Source: Limnochordia bacterium (GTDB lineage: Bacteria; Bacillota; Limnochordia; DTU080). Taken from it: DNA of 64,000 nucleotides. The notes beneath the pieces were generated by a model. It searched no databases, had not been told where the DNA came from, and saw only the letters and a list, made by a program, of their open reading frames with translations. Position 1 is the first letter of the stretch. Every line of letters starts with the position of its first letter. The stretch lies in the NCBI GenBank assembly GCA_050951545.1, contig JBMNJG010000011.1, positions 192,247 to 256,246 on the forward strand, written 5' to 3'. The position numbers were made by a program, and so were the translations under genes. Positions 18,779 to 28,269 of the stretch are shown piece after piece.

Positions 18779-21079
18779 ATGAGAGGAGGCGATGTGCGAG
18801 TGAAATGCGGCAAGCAGCAGTCTTGGCATGAGGCCGCACAGGATCTGCGCACAAAGCTCTCTCGCTATGCGGCCAAGCCCCGGTTCAACGATGAGTTTGA
18901 GGAAGCGTTTGTGTTCTTCTTTGGGGAAGGCCCTGACGAGATGCAAGATGAGCTGGAGCCGGCAGCCTTTGGCCGTTTCATGGAGTGGTTTGTCCATGAT
19001 TACCGCCTAAGCCATGGTCACCGGCTGATCGAGCTTTTCGGCATGGAGTTTGCCACGGAGCTGCCTTGTCGTAAGCGTCATTTGCTGGAGGCCTGGCAGA
19101 AATCCAGAATGACATTATTTGAGATCGAGACCATGGCGCGAGGCGTGGCCGAGGCGCGTGATCTGGTGTTGGGTGGTGAGTACTCCATCCTTCTGCCTGC
19201 ACCTGCCAACGTGCAGGGAATCCCGGTGACAGGGCGTTTGCTTGTGGGGCGTTTGCTTCGTGTAGGTGAGCTATGGGAGATGCCATATGGCGTAGCTGTG
19301 TTTCCTTCATCCTATCGCGAACGTTTCTTGCAGATCTTGCGTGGCGAGTATCGTCGCTACAAAAGAAGCAGAGGTGGCGATTGGGGCGAATTTCTGCAAG
19401 AGCAAGGGTTTGTGTTCAATGACCTGATCGAGAACCTCGATGATGAGATGGCTACGGGTGGTAGGCAGACTCGCTTCCGTGTGCGCGCTTTCTTTGACGT
19501 GGTGGATATGAACGTATGCGTGAAAGGCATGTGTGATGCGGTCGGCGGCGCGCTCCCTTGCCGACAGCTCAGGGAGCTAGAGGGAGCATCGGAGGCGGTG
19601 ACTTGGCCTGACATGCCCGGGAGCCTCCGCTTGTGTAATGACCGGCTGGAGCTTACGTGCTTTTCGCCAGAGGAGATGGACATAGCCAAACAAATCGTGG
19701 CGTCCAGGTTGGGTGGTGCCGTGTCCCATCGTCTGGATGCTATCGAGCGGTACAGCGATTCCGAGGCCAGGCCTGCCCCACTGTTGCGACCAGGTCTTGT
19801 TGGGCAGTCTTCGCGAGAGTCGCCAGGCCAAAGGGTTCCATTGGCTTGGCGAGCTGCGCATACGTGCTCAGAGACGGCGGCAACGTGTGATGCATCTGCT
19901 GGTGCCGATGCTGTAACGAACGCTGATGGGGAGTCCGGCCCAAGACAGCAGAAGCTGTGCTCCGCAGACCCTCCCATCCCGGCTGCCGCGAGTACGCCAG
20001 ACTGCTACAGTGAGGGGCAGCGCCAGGTGGCCAACCGTTTCTGCAAGACGCTGATGCAGACAGGGGCAAGCGATGCCCATCTGGATAGCGCGCTGTGGCT
20101 CTGGTCCGATTTCTGTCGCGTCGAGCACCCACGTATCAGGAAGGCTCCCGCTTGGGCGGCAGCAGTTCACGCCTCACTCGGTCGGGTCGAAGGCTGGCGG
20201 CTGCGCGTCTCGGCTTTGGCTAGGCTATACGGAGCGAACCCCACTTCCGTCAGCCGGAATGCAGCGCTCATTGCCGCCGCACTCGGTGTACAGAAGTTCG
20301 ATGATCGCTACTGCGTTGAGCATCCAGTTGATGGCCTTCTTAAGCGCCTGGGCACCATCGCAGAACAGGACATGTCAGCACAGGCAGAGGAGCTGTTTGG
20401 TGCTGGGGTCCTGACTGAACAGACAGAGCTGACCCAGCGTCTGGTTGCGTTGCGTAATGTGGTGATCACCTATGCTCAGGGAATGGAGCAGCTCTCTCGC
20501 AGGGCCCACGAGCAGTTCTTTCAGCAGGTTGGCTGTTCGCCCGATGATACTTTCTGGCATGATTGCTTCGTCGATTGGTTTCATTTTGATTGGGCGATCC
20601 CGGTCCGAGGTGGGCGCACGGTGTTGGAGCAGGCACTGGAGGAGGGAAACCTAGCCGCCCCTGATGCAGAGCACTTGGCAGGGTGGCGCGATTGTCACCC
20701 GGCGTACTATATCGTGGAGGCTGTGCCACCGTTTCCCTCGGAAAACCAAGAAGCTCTCGTGGAGATCAGACTTCGCATGCTGGGAGCTGAGGGACGCATG
20801 ACGGTAGTCTGGCCTCTGCCTGTCGATTCGCTGCGAAGAGGCGATGTGCTTCTGGCCCGCCTGGTGCCTCTCAACGGTGTCATGACCAGTGTGGGCCATG
20901 CGTTGCACTTTAGTGCGACTCTTGCACCTGCAGTCAAGCGGCGTCTGGATGAGGAGCGCGCACTGTTGGAGCAGTGGAACGGATGCAAGATGAGGTGGGA
21001 AGACATATCAGCCCGTTACGCTGAGAGGTTGTATGCCATCGCCTACCGTGCGGCGCGCGGCTTTCCTGACGAGCTCTAG
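18779..21079 (+). CDS. Large uncharacterised cytoplasmic protein (766 aa)
   Basis: Long ORF without TM segments. Conserved-looking N-terminal region (FGRFMEWFVHDYRL), central low-complexity Ser/Ala/Pro linker, helical C-terminal part. Start uncertain; alternative Met at 18941. Confidence 0.55.
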   Translation: MRGGDVRVKCGKQQSWHEAAQDLRTKLSRYAAKPRFNDEFEEAFVFFFGEGPDEMQDELEPAAFGRFMEWFVHDYRLSHGHRLIELFGMEFATELPCRKRHLLEAWQKSRMTLFEIETMARGVAEARDLVLGGEYSILLPAPANVQGIPVTGRLLVGRLLRVGELWEMPYGVAVFPSSYRERFLQILRGEYRRYKRSRGGDWGEFLQEQGFVFNDLIENLDDEMATGGRQTRFRVRAFFDVVDMNVCVKGMCDAVGGALPCRQLRELEGASEAVTWPDMPGSLRLCNDRLELTCFSPEEMDIAKQIVASRLGGAVSHRLDAIERYSDSEARPAPLLRPGLVGQSSRESPGQRVPLAWRAAHTCSETAATCDASAGADAVTNADGESGPRQQKLCSADPPIPAAASTPDCYSEGQRQVANRFCKTLMQTGASDAHLDSALWLWSDFCRVEHPRIRKAPAWAAAVHASLGRVEGWRLRVSALARLYGANPTSVSRNAALIAAALGVQKFDDRYCVEHPVDGLLKRLGTIAEQDMSAQAEELFGAGVLTEQTELTQRLVALRNVVITYAQGMEQLSRRAHEQFFQQVGCSPDDTFWHDCFVDWFHFDWAIPVRGGRTVLEQALEEGNLAAPDAEHLAGWRDCHPAYYIVEAVPPFPSENQEALVEIRLRMLGAEGRMTVVWPLPVDSLRRGDVLLARLVPLNGVMTSVGHALHFSATLAPAVKRRLDEERALLEQWNGCKMRWEDISARYAERLYAIAYRAARGFPDEL

Positions 21080-21166
21080 GCTTTTCTCGTTGCCCTTGCG
21101 GGAGTACGTGTATCGGCAGGCAACATGCTGCACAGCGCAACCCCTTTTTCCAGGGAGGATCTTTCC

Positions 21167-21961
21167 ATGAGCCTCATCTACCCCCTGGCACTTGCAGGGA
21201 TTTATGTGCTTGCCAGGGGCTTTTTCGTAGAACCGTACAGCTTGTCTTTGCATCACAAAGAGGTGTCGATTGCCGATTTGCCGCTCGAACTGGACGGCAT
21301 GCGTCTGCTGCATCTCACTGATCTGCACCTACGGGCGGACGAAAAGTACGAGGAGAAGCTTCTTTCCTTGGTTGCAGAGGCCAGACCTGACCTAATTCTT
21401 CTCACGGGCGATTATGTAGACCACCCAAAGAGGCTCTTTTCTCTTCGCGAGATGGCCACTGCTCTGACAGCTACGCATCAGGTGGTCGCCGTGCTTGGAG
21501 ATAATGACCTGGAGGAGCCAGCCCCTATTCAGCGTACGCTTGAAGAAGCTGGTATCACGGTGTTGCGCAATGAGAGCATTCCCTTCCATCGAGAGGGAGC
21601 GACGCTCTATGTGGCGGGCATCGATGACCCGCGTTTTCCTTCGAGTGATCTGGCTGGTGCTCTTGCCACAACCCGCTCGTCTCCTTGTGTTCTACTATCA
21701 CACTCCGCCGAGGTGTTCGCAGAAGCGGAGGCTGCGGGCGTGGATCTGTTGCTTTGTGGGCACACTCACGGCGGCCAAGTGTGCCTGCCGTACTGGGGAG
21801 CGCTTTATACCAACGATCGTTTGGGCAGGCGTTACGCATCGGGCCTCATCCGCCAGGGCAAGCTGCACATCCATGTGAGCACTGGTGTAGGCTACGCTAA
21901 GCTACCGATACGGCTGTTCTGTCCACCCGAAATCGTCTGCCTTACGCTACGTAGCTCGTAG
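21167..21961 (+). CDS. Calcineurin-like metallophosphoesterase (YkuE-like) with N-terminal TM helix
   Basis: LHLTDLHL, LLTGDYVDH, AVLGDNDL, LLLCGHTHGGQV phosphoesterase motifs. RBS GGGAGGA before ATG 21167. Confidence 0.8.
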   Translation: MSLIYPLALAGIYVLARGFFVEPYSLSLHHKEVSIADLPLELDGMRLLHLTDLHLRADEKYEEKLLSLVAEARPDLILLTGDYVDHPKRLFSLREMATALTATHQVVAVLGDNDLEEPAPIQRTLEEAGITVLRNESIPFHREGATLYVAGIDDPRFPSSDLAGALATTRSSPCVLLSHSAEVFAEAEAAGVDLLLCGHTHGGQVCLPYWGALYTNDRLGRRYASGLIRQGKLHIHVSTGVGYAKLPIRLFCPPEIVCLTLRSS

Positions 21962-21979
21962 AGTTGTGGAGGGTCCCTG

Positions 21980-23092
21980 TCACCTTTGTGTGGGCGAATC
22001 CTCTTCGGGATCATGCTCAGGGTCATGGTCTTTTGGCTGGAGCAGGTCGAATTCTGCGCCGTATCCCTTCGGAGGACCCTGAGGACGTCTGAAGGACCGT
22101 GGAGGGAGTGGGCGCATGCGCGGGGGCAACTCGACGGGAATGCGTCCGGGCATGTCAGGGGGCGCGCCTAAGGCAGTGACTCGTGGATCACGCAGGCCAG
22201 GTATGGCTAGAAGTGAATCGTGGAGGCGCTCAGCATCGATAGGGTCCACATGGGCTTGGATCGTTGCTCGACCCTCGGCCTCGTCCAGCTCGATGTCTTC
22301 GACAACAGTCTGCGGCATGGACAGGCGGCGCATGGCCATCATGCGGATGATGGAGGCGATGGCATCTGGCCATCGGTAGCGGAAGACCACCCAGAGCACC
22401 GCGTTCTGCGCGGCCCGAAGGTACATGCTGACTAAGAACCCCGAGAAAGCCCACACCCAACCCCCGCCCAGGGTGAGCAGACCAGCGAAATTAGTCCAGC
22501 CTTCATCGGTGAGGCGGGGCAATACTGCTGCCACCAGATATAGCGACCAGCCCATGACGGTGGCGAAGACCTCCACGGCAGAGACCCTCCACCATAGGAT
22601 GCGTCGTGTCTTCCCTTCACTTAGGTAGTGACGTCTTCTTCGGGCGTAGAAGATGCCGACAAGCACCAATGCGACGAGGTTTATGCCAACTCGGGGCATG
22701 TAGCTGCGAATTTGCTGTAAGCTGGTGCCGAAGATCTCCGCACCATAGACTGGTGAATCGGTGAAGATCATGACGAAGCGCACCCACAGGGAGTACAGCA
22801 AGTGGAGGAACGGCACAGCCAGTATGGTAATCCCGCTAGCCAATGCGCCCGCAACAAGATGCCACTGGCCTGGCGAAAACGCAGCAAGGCCGTCGCTCAT
22901 TACCTGATTGACCTCGGGGTCGCTGACGCGGTGCACGAGTTGTCTACCCGTCATGCTCGTCTCGACCTCGTAGAAAGCGTATACAAGCTTTCTCACACAA
23001 AAGGAGATCAGCTTGTAGAGCACCAAGAGCGTCAATAGAAAACCCAGCCAGGAAAGGATCACGGACCTACCTCCTTGGGCCAGAAAAGACAC
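21980..23092 (-). CDS. Hypothetical polytopic membrane protein with Pro-rich C-terminal tail
   Basis: About 6 hydrophobic helices. Tail PPDMPGRIPVELPPRMRPLPPRSFRRPQGPP ... HDPEHDPEEDSPTQR. Confidence 0.55.
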   Translation of the reverse strand: MSFLAQGGRSVILSWLGFLLTLLVLYKLISFCVRKLVYAFYEVETSMTGRQLVHRVSDPEVNQVMSDGLAAFSPGQWHLVAGALASGITILAVPFLHLLYSLWVRFVMIFTDSPVYGAEIFGTSLQQIRSYMPRVGINLVALVLVGIFYARRRRHYLSEGKTRRILWWRVSAVEVFATVMGWSLYLVAAVLPRLTDEGWTNFAGLLTLGGGWVWAFSGFLVSMYLRAAQNAVLWVVFRYRWPDAIASIIRMMAMRRLSMPQTVVEDIELDEAEGRATIQAHVDPIDAERLHDSLLAIPGLRDPRVTALGAPPDMPGRIPVELPPRMRPLPPRSFRRPQGPPKGYGAEFDLLQPKDHDPEHDPEEDSPTQR

Positions 23093-23176
23093 GCTGTCCT
23101 TCTTCTCGGTTCTGTTGGAGGTTATTCTCTTGCGTGGCCGCTGTACCTGCGTTGATTTCTAGGAGAGAGGTGCCTC

Positions 23177-24010
23177 GTGCGCATCGGTTGTCACCTAAGC
23201 ATAAGCAAGGGTTTCGTAGCGATGCTCCGCCTAGCTGAGGAGCTGGGCGCCGATATCGTGCAGTATTTCCCCAAGAACCCGAGGAGCTTTAGGCTCAAGC
23301 TTTTCGAGCCCTCCCTGTTACAGGAGGCATACGAGGAAACGAAGGAACTAGGCATCGAGACTGTTGCTCATTCGCCCTATGTAACCAATCTCTCGACTAG
23401 TGATCGTGAGCTGCGAGAGACAAGCATCTCTTCCATCGCAAACGATCTGGAGATTGCTGAAGCCTATCATTCACCCGGACTGGTTGTACACTGTGGAAAG
23501 CATGTGGGCCAAGGTGAGCAGCGAGGCGTCGAGCTGATGGCTGACGCGCTGAATGAGATCATGCAACGCTATGACGGCACGACACGGGTTCTGTTGGAGA
23601 ACACGGCGGGGCAGGGAAGTGAACTCGGTCGTACGACCGACGAGCTGCTCGCTATTCATGAGCGAGTCTCTTTTCCCGAGCGCGTCGGATTCTGCTTTGA
23701 TACGTGCCATGCTTTCGCTGCAGGTGCCTTGGACTTCGAACGCTGGGCCGAAGTGCGTGCCGAACTGGGCAGGGATGAGTTCCGCAGCAAGGTGGGTTTG
23801 GTTCATCTCAATGATAGCATGGTACCCTTCGGAGCTAGAAAGGATCGCCATCAGCTCTTGGGTAAAGGAGAGATTGGTCCGGACGATCTCCAGCGTTTTC
23901 TCAGAGCGGATATCTTCCCGGGGATTGGGGTGGTCATTGAGACACCGGTCAAGCAAGAACGGGACTATGCGGAAGAGATTGCCAAGGCTATGCGATGGGT
24001 CGGTGGCTAG
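23177..24010 (+). CDS. nfo: Endonuclease IV (AP endonuclease family 2)
   Basis: HLSISKG, LLENTAGQGSELG, CFDTCHAFAAG, VHLNDS metal-binding motifs. GTG start after GGAGAGAGG. Confidence 0.9.
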   Translation: MRIGCHLSISKGFVAMLRLAEELGADIVQYFPKNPRSFRLKLFEPSLLQEAYEETKELGIETVAHSPYVTNLSTSDRELRETSISSIANDLEIAEAYHSPGLVVHCGKHVGQGEQRGVELMADALNEIMQRYDGTTRVLLENTAGQGSELGRTTDELLAIHERVSFPERVGFCFDTCHAFAAGALDFERWAEVRAELGRDEFRSKVGLVHLNDSMVPFGARKDRHQLLGKGEIGPDDLQRFLRADIFPGIGVVIETPVKQERDYAEEIAKAMRWVGG

Positions 24011-24122
24011 GACCTTTGGAGGATTTCGTCGGGTTTCGGCGATGATGTGGAGGAAGCGTCCCCTCTTAACGAGAAAACCCTCTGTGAGCACACTGCTGCA
24101 TCACGAGGGGGGTGTCCGTGCG

Positions 24123-24476
24123 ATGAAGGAACTCGGTGAATGGATGCGTCGCGAACGCGAAGCGAGGGGATTCACATGCTCCCGGCTGGAGAAGGCGACG
24201 AAGATTAGCCAGCGCTACATCGAAGCCATGGAAGAAGGTCGATTTGAGCTTCTCCCAGAGGAGGCCTACAGGCGCGCTTTCATTCGTACATACGCCCGTG
24301 GCCTGGGCATGGACCCCGATCCCATTGTTGCACGTTACTGTGAGATAGCGGAAAGGGACAATAAGGAGGTCCAAACGCAGATGGCCGCGACTGTCCAGCC
24401 ACCGGCGGCTCCCGAGCGTCTGGCGCGTACGCTACTCGCTGTCTTCAATGGTACCATGGAATGGCTGGGCATGTGA
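24123..24476 (+). CDS. HTH (XRE-like, RodZ N-terminal-type) DNA-binding protein, short
   Basis: LGEWMRREREARGFTCSRLEKATKISQRYIEAMEEGRFELLPEEAYRRAFIRTYARGLGMDP matches the RodZ/HTH_25 N-terminal module. No TM or C-terminal domain. The upstream part of the ORF track frame overlaps nfo. Confidence 0.55.
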   Translation: MKELGEWMRREREARGFTCSRLEKATKISQRYIEAMEEGRFELLPEEAYRRAFIRTYARGLGMDPDPIVARYCEIAERDNKEVQTQMAATVQPPAAPERLARTLLAVFNGTMEWLGM

Positions 24477-24515
24477 GAGTGCTCATCACGTCGGTAGTGG
24501 GGAGAGTAGGCACGC

Positions 24516-25766
24516 TTGTGGACAGCTAGGCTAATGGCGCTCATGTTGATCGTACATGCCTTGGCTGGCTGGCATTTGCCCGTCCTTGCGTCTCCGATTA
24601 CGTCGGGAGCGTTAGCTGGACTTGGGGGCGTAGGTAGTCCTAACACTGGAAACGTTGACGACATGAGCTGGAATCCGGCGGCTCTTGGCGAAACGAGCCA
24701 TCGAATACAGTTCCGGGTGACCCCCATTTCGGTACGGATCTTCACGGATCGCTGGTCGACCGAGACTGTGGCGCGGCTTTTGGCTGGTTCACTAGGTCCT
24801 GAGAAGCTGCCCGCGGCTGTAGAGGATGTGCAAGAGGAAGGCCTGAATTGGACCATTGGCGTGGGCGGGGGAGCGCATGTAGCCTGGGGCACTAATGCGT
24901 TCGGGGCCACTTTGCGTGGCCATCTGGAAGGCGCGGCCAGTGCTGACGGAACACGTTTGGTACTGATGGGCGGTGAGCCTGGGAGAAGCTACCTGCTCGA
25001 AGGGACACATGCCGAAGGGGCTGTTTTCGGAGAGGGCCACATGGGCAGCGTCTACTCCGACCCCTGGCTAGCGGAAGTGCTACACATCACTGGTTTCCAT
25101 ATGGGCGGTACGCTCTGTTACATTCATGGCCTGGGCTATGCAAAAGCTGAGGTTATCGGGCCGACCATAGAGATTGCTCAAGACGGCGACACATATCGGA
25201 AGCTGGGGGACGGGCGAATCGTCGCTACACACTCCGAATCGGGCTTCGGGATGTCTACCAATTTGGGTCTCTTGCTGAGGCTGACGCCCGGATTAGCCAT
25301 TGATGTCAGCGTCACCGATGTGGGTCGCGTCTGGTGGCGGGATATACAGGAGACACACTTTGAGTTTCTTGTAGATCCGCAAACCGGAAAGGGTGCCTAC
25401 GAGCAGAGCGAGACGCGGGCGGTTGCTGGACAGCCCTACTGGAATATGCCCATGGCACTCAGAGCAGGGATCAGCTTGGAACCTGCTCCAGGTGTCCGCT
25501 GGTCACTGCAGTATGCCAAAAGCCTGGTTGGACAACAGGCAGGGCATCAGGAGATCGTCTTGGCCACACAACTGACCCAACTGGAGGTGCTGCCTTTGCG
25601 TCTGGGGGCCAAGTTCTCCACCTATGAGGAAAGCCTAAGCTTCTCTGGCGGCCTTGGTATCCACTTGGGTCCACTTACACTCGATGTTGGTAGCCCCAAC
25701 TTAGTAGGCCTCCTGGGACAGGGCAAGGAGGCCAGTGTGTCTGTTAGTACAGGTCTTCGCTTCTAG
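24516..25766 (+). CDS. FadL/OmpP1/TodX-family outer membrane hydrophobic-compound channel-like protein
   Basis: Signal peptide. Mature N-terminus SGALAGLGGVGSPNTGNVDDMSWNPAALG parallels E. coli FadL [29 protein letters not shown]. Amphipathic beta-strand-rich; about 416 aa. Confidence 0.55.
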   Translation: MWTARLMALMLIVHALAGWHLPVLASPITSGALAGLGGVGSPNTGNVDDMSWNPAALGETSHRIQFRVTPISVRIFTDRWSTETVARLLAGSLGPEKLPAAVEDVQEEGLNWTIGVGGGAHVAWGTNAFGATLRGHLEGAASADGTRLVLMGGEPGRSYLLEGTHAEGAVFGEGHMGSVYSDPWLAEVLHITGFHMGGTLCYIHGLGYAKAEVIGPTIEIAQDGDTYRKLGDGRIVATHSESGFGMSTNLGLLLRLTPGLAIDVSVTDVGRVWWRDIQETHFEFLVDPQTGKGAYEQSETRAVAGQPYWNMPMALRAGISLEPAPGVRWSLQYAKSLVGQQAGHQEIVLATQLTQLEVLPLRLGAKFSTYEESLSFSGGLGIHLGPLTLDVGSPNLVGLLGQGKEASVSVSTGLRF

Positions 25767-25767
25767 A

Positions 25768-26550
25768 CTAGTGTAGCGGGAGACTCCGTTCCACGGTCAC
25801 ACTGTGGGCCTCTGGTCTCAGTCTGATGGCCATATTCCACCCAGTGTGATCCTCCTGACGGAGGGTGGCGGCGAGTTCCATGCTGACACGAGGCTGGTAA
25901 TGTCGCTCGCTGCCAGAAGACCACTGCCACAGGACATCTGTAGCCAAAGCCAGGCGATGGGTTAGGGCGACCTCTGCGCCGACTTTCGCCGCGGTCGCTT
26001 CGTGGAGGGCATATGTCACGGCCATAGAAAGGACCACTGGTTCATAGGCACGAGCCAGCCAGACTGAAGCATCGGGGCGACCCTCGCTGTTCTTGGCGGA
26101 ATAGACTGCGTAACCAAGCTCGAGTCCGCGCCGCCATAGCGGCGAGAGTGTTTCGTACTGCCAGCCCACATGTAGCTGCGGTCTGAGCCCCGTGTCACGG
26201 GAGATGACGGCTGACGAGGGGCCCTGGGGTGTCCAGGTGTGCAAGACGCTGCGCTCTACGGCTTGCGTAACACTGGTGTCAAAAGCAAGTGCTTGGTGCG
26301 GAGTGCCGACAGGACAAAGATAAAGCTGTACGCCATAGGAGTACTCGACACAGCGAGACTCCGTGCGGCTCCATATCTCAGTGTAGGAGTGCTCCGTGTG
26401 AGCCACGCCAATGCCTGCCGTGTACGTGACGAAGCCCTGTTGGGGCCGGACGAGGCTGAGCCAAGCAGGTGAATCGGCAAGGGCGGTACGGGAGACCAGA
26501 CTGGATAACCCGATCAGAAGGAGAGCTGTAAATTGCGATGGTTTGGGCAA
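25768..26550 (-). CDS. Secreted beta-strand-rich protein (putative small outer-membrane barrel)
   Basis: Start moved to TTG 8 nt after GGAGAG, giving signal peptide MPKPSQFTALLLIGLSSLVSRTALA. Alternating hydrophobic strands. Directly follows the C39-like peptidase gene. Confidence 0.45.
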   Translation of the reverse strand: MPKPSQFTALLLIGLSSLVSRTALADSPAWLSLVRPQQGFVTYTAGIGVAHTEHSYTEIWSRTESRCVEYSYGVQLYLCPVGTPHQALAFDTSVTQAVERSVLHTWTPQGPSSAVISRDTGLRPQLHVGWQYETLSPLWRRGLELGYAVYSAKNSEGRPDASVWLARAYEPVVLSMAVTYALHEATAAKVGAEVALTHRLALATDVLWQWSSGSERHYQPRVSMELAATLRQEDHTGWNMAIRLRPEAHSVTVERSLPLH

Positions 26551-26552
26551 GC

Positions 26553-27200
26553 CTACCACTCTCCGTTCTGCGAGACTGCCAGGGGCAGTCTCCAGTTTTT
26601 TTGTCGCATGAGCAGGGCCAAGACATTCAGACACGCAGCCTCGTCAGGGAGCGCAACCGATTCTGATAAACATGGCTCCTGTATCAAGAGCGCCAGACCA
26701 CCCCAGATGCGCAACCAGTCGCGGTTTTCCCAGCTTACTCGGCCCAAAGCGGGATCCCGGGTAAGAATTCGTCCTGGAAGAGCCCCGGACACCGTGGTGA
26801 AATGCGGTGTGGGTGCGATTATGCGGACCAGCACTGGTCGCCTTTGTTCGGATAGGTAACGCTGAAGGTTGTCCAGAGTCATGCGCATGCCAACAGCAAT
26901 GTAGCCGCGTGCGAGCGCAATGTCGCGCAGGATAATCAGCGAGGTAGACTGATTAGCATTGGAAAGCTGCTCGGGATGTACAACGTCAGAAAAGGCTAGA
27001 CGCAGAGCCGTGGACAACGCCGCTGGACCACAGTTTTGGGCCGTCGTTTGACGTGCAATGCCTTCCCACCTGAGTTCCTCCCAGCTGCTTTGCCAAAAGG
27101 GACCACAGGGTGCGGCCCACGATTGGAGCGTGGTCGCAACAGTCACTACTGCGCAGAATACGTAAGCGGACAGTTCTGGTAGTCTCTTGGGGTTGACCAA
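26553..27200 (-). CDS. Peptidase C39-like (papain-fold) secreted cysteine peptidase
   Basis: Signal peptide. Q-N-C-G-P-A-A-L matches the C39 catalytic QxxxxCGxAxL motif; downstream HFTTV supplies the candidate His. Confidence 0.55.
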   Translation of the reverse strand: MVNPKRLPELSAYVFCAVVTVATTLQSWAAPCGPFWQSSWEELRWEGIARQTTAQNCGPAALSTALRLAFSDVVHPEQLSNANQSTSLIILRDIALARGYIAVGMRMTLDNLQRYLSEQRRPVLVRIIAPTPHFTTVSGALPGRILTRDPALGRVSWENRDWLRIWGGLALLIQEPCLSESVALPDEAACLNVLALLMRQKNWRLPLAVSQNGEW

Positions 27201-27372
27201 TTTCCCACCACCTAGGGCGCGAAAAACCCGCGCCGTACCTCTCGCGGGAACAGGTGGTGCTGAATTAGCATAGCACGTGTCACTCAGCAGTGCAAGCAGG
27301 GGAAATCGCTTTCACAATGAACATGATGCACGAACAGGGAATGTTGATGGATTTTCAAAGGGAGGATGGGCA

Positions 27373-28269
27373 ATGCACAAAAGGGTAGGCTTCATCGGAC
27401 TGGGTATCATGGGCCGCCCCATGGCAGGTCATCTGCTGAAGGCGGGATACCCACTTACCGTGTGGAACCGCAGCAGCGCCGCTGTCGATGCGTTGGTCCA
27501 AGAGGGGGCGCAAGCAGCATCTGGGCCAGCTGATGTAGCACGTGGCTCGGACATAGTCTTCACGATGGTTGGTGACTCATCAGACGTGGAGCAGGTGATC
27601 CTGGGGCCAGGAGGTGTGTTGGCGGGTGCACGCCCGGGGCTGGTGATCATTGATATGACTACCATCTCACCGGAAGTGACGCGAGGGATTGCGGCGAGAT
27701 GTGGCGAGCTGGGAGTGCATATGCTCGATGCTCCCGTAAGTGGGGGAGAGAAGGGGGCCCTCGAAGCGACGCTTTCGATTATGGTAGGCGGCGAGCCCGA
27801 GCTGTTCGAGAGATGCCGTCCTCTTCTTGAGGTACTGGGCAAGACGATCACCTACGTGGGATCTCATGGCATGGGGCAGACAGTGAAGCTATGCAACCAG
27901 GTTGTCTGCGGGCTAAACATCCTTGCTGCGGCAGAGGGCCTGTGCTTGGCGGCTAAGGCGGGCGTCGATCCCCGCATTGTGCTAAGTGTCATCACGCAGG
28001 GTGCCGCTGGCTCTTGGATGCTAGAGAATCTAGGCCCCAAGATGGCTGCTGGCGACTATGCACCGGGGTTCACGGTGAAATGGCAGATCAAGGACTTGCG
28101 GCTGGCCCTAGAAGCGGCTGCTCAGTTGGACCTACCTTTGCCAGGCACTGCCTTGGTACAACAGCTGTTTCGCGCTGTTGCCGCTGATGGTGGAAGCGAT
28201 GAGGGAACACAAGCACTCGTCAAAGCGCTAGAGAAGCTGGGCAATCTGGATATAGCCGATGGAAGGTAG
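27373..28269 (+). CDS. NAD-binding 3-hydroxyisobutyrate / 2-hydroxy-3-oxopropionate reductase family dehydrogenase
   Basis: VGFIGLGIMGRPMAGHLLKAGY Rossmann fold; HIBADH-like core. RBS GGGAGGATGGG. Confidence 0.85.
   Translation: MHKRVGFIGLGIMGRPMAGHLLKAGYPLTVWNRSSAAVDALVQEGAQAASGPADVARGSDIVFTMVGDSSDVEQVILGPGGVLAGARPGLVIIDMTTISPEVTRGIAARCGELGVHMLDAPVSGGEKGALEATLSIMVGGEPELFERCRPLLEVLGKTITYVGSHGMGQTVKLCNQVVCGLNILAAAEGLCLAAKAGVDPRIVLSVITQGAAGSWMLENLGPKMAAGDYAPGFTVKWQIKDLRLALEAAAQLDLPLPGTALVQQLFRAVAADGGSDEGTQALVKALEKLGNLDIADGR

Noticed and set aside
23471-24122. 206-aa minus-strand ORF, and the 5' part of the 307-aa plus-strand ORF, overlapping nfo
   Set aside because: Both overlap the confidently identified endonuclease IV gene in other frames. 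Only the 3' part of the plus ORF (from 24123) carries a recognisable HTH domain.
27201-27240. Hairpin GGCGCG-aaaaacc-CGCGCC upstream of the C39 peptidase start
   Set aside because: Short 6-bp stem in a GC-rich background with no adjacent T tract; it may be chance.
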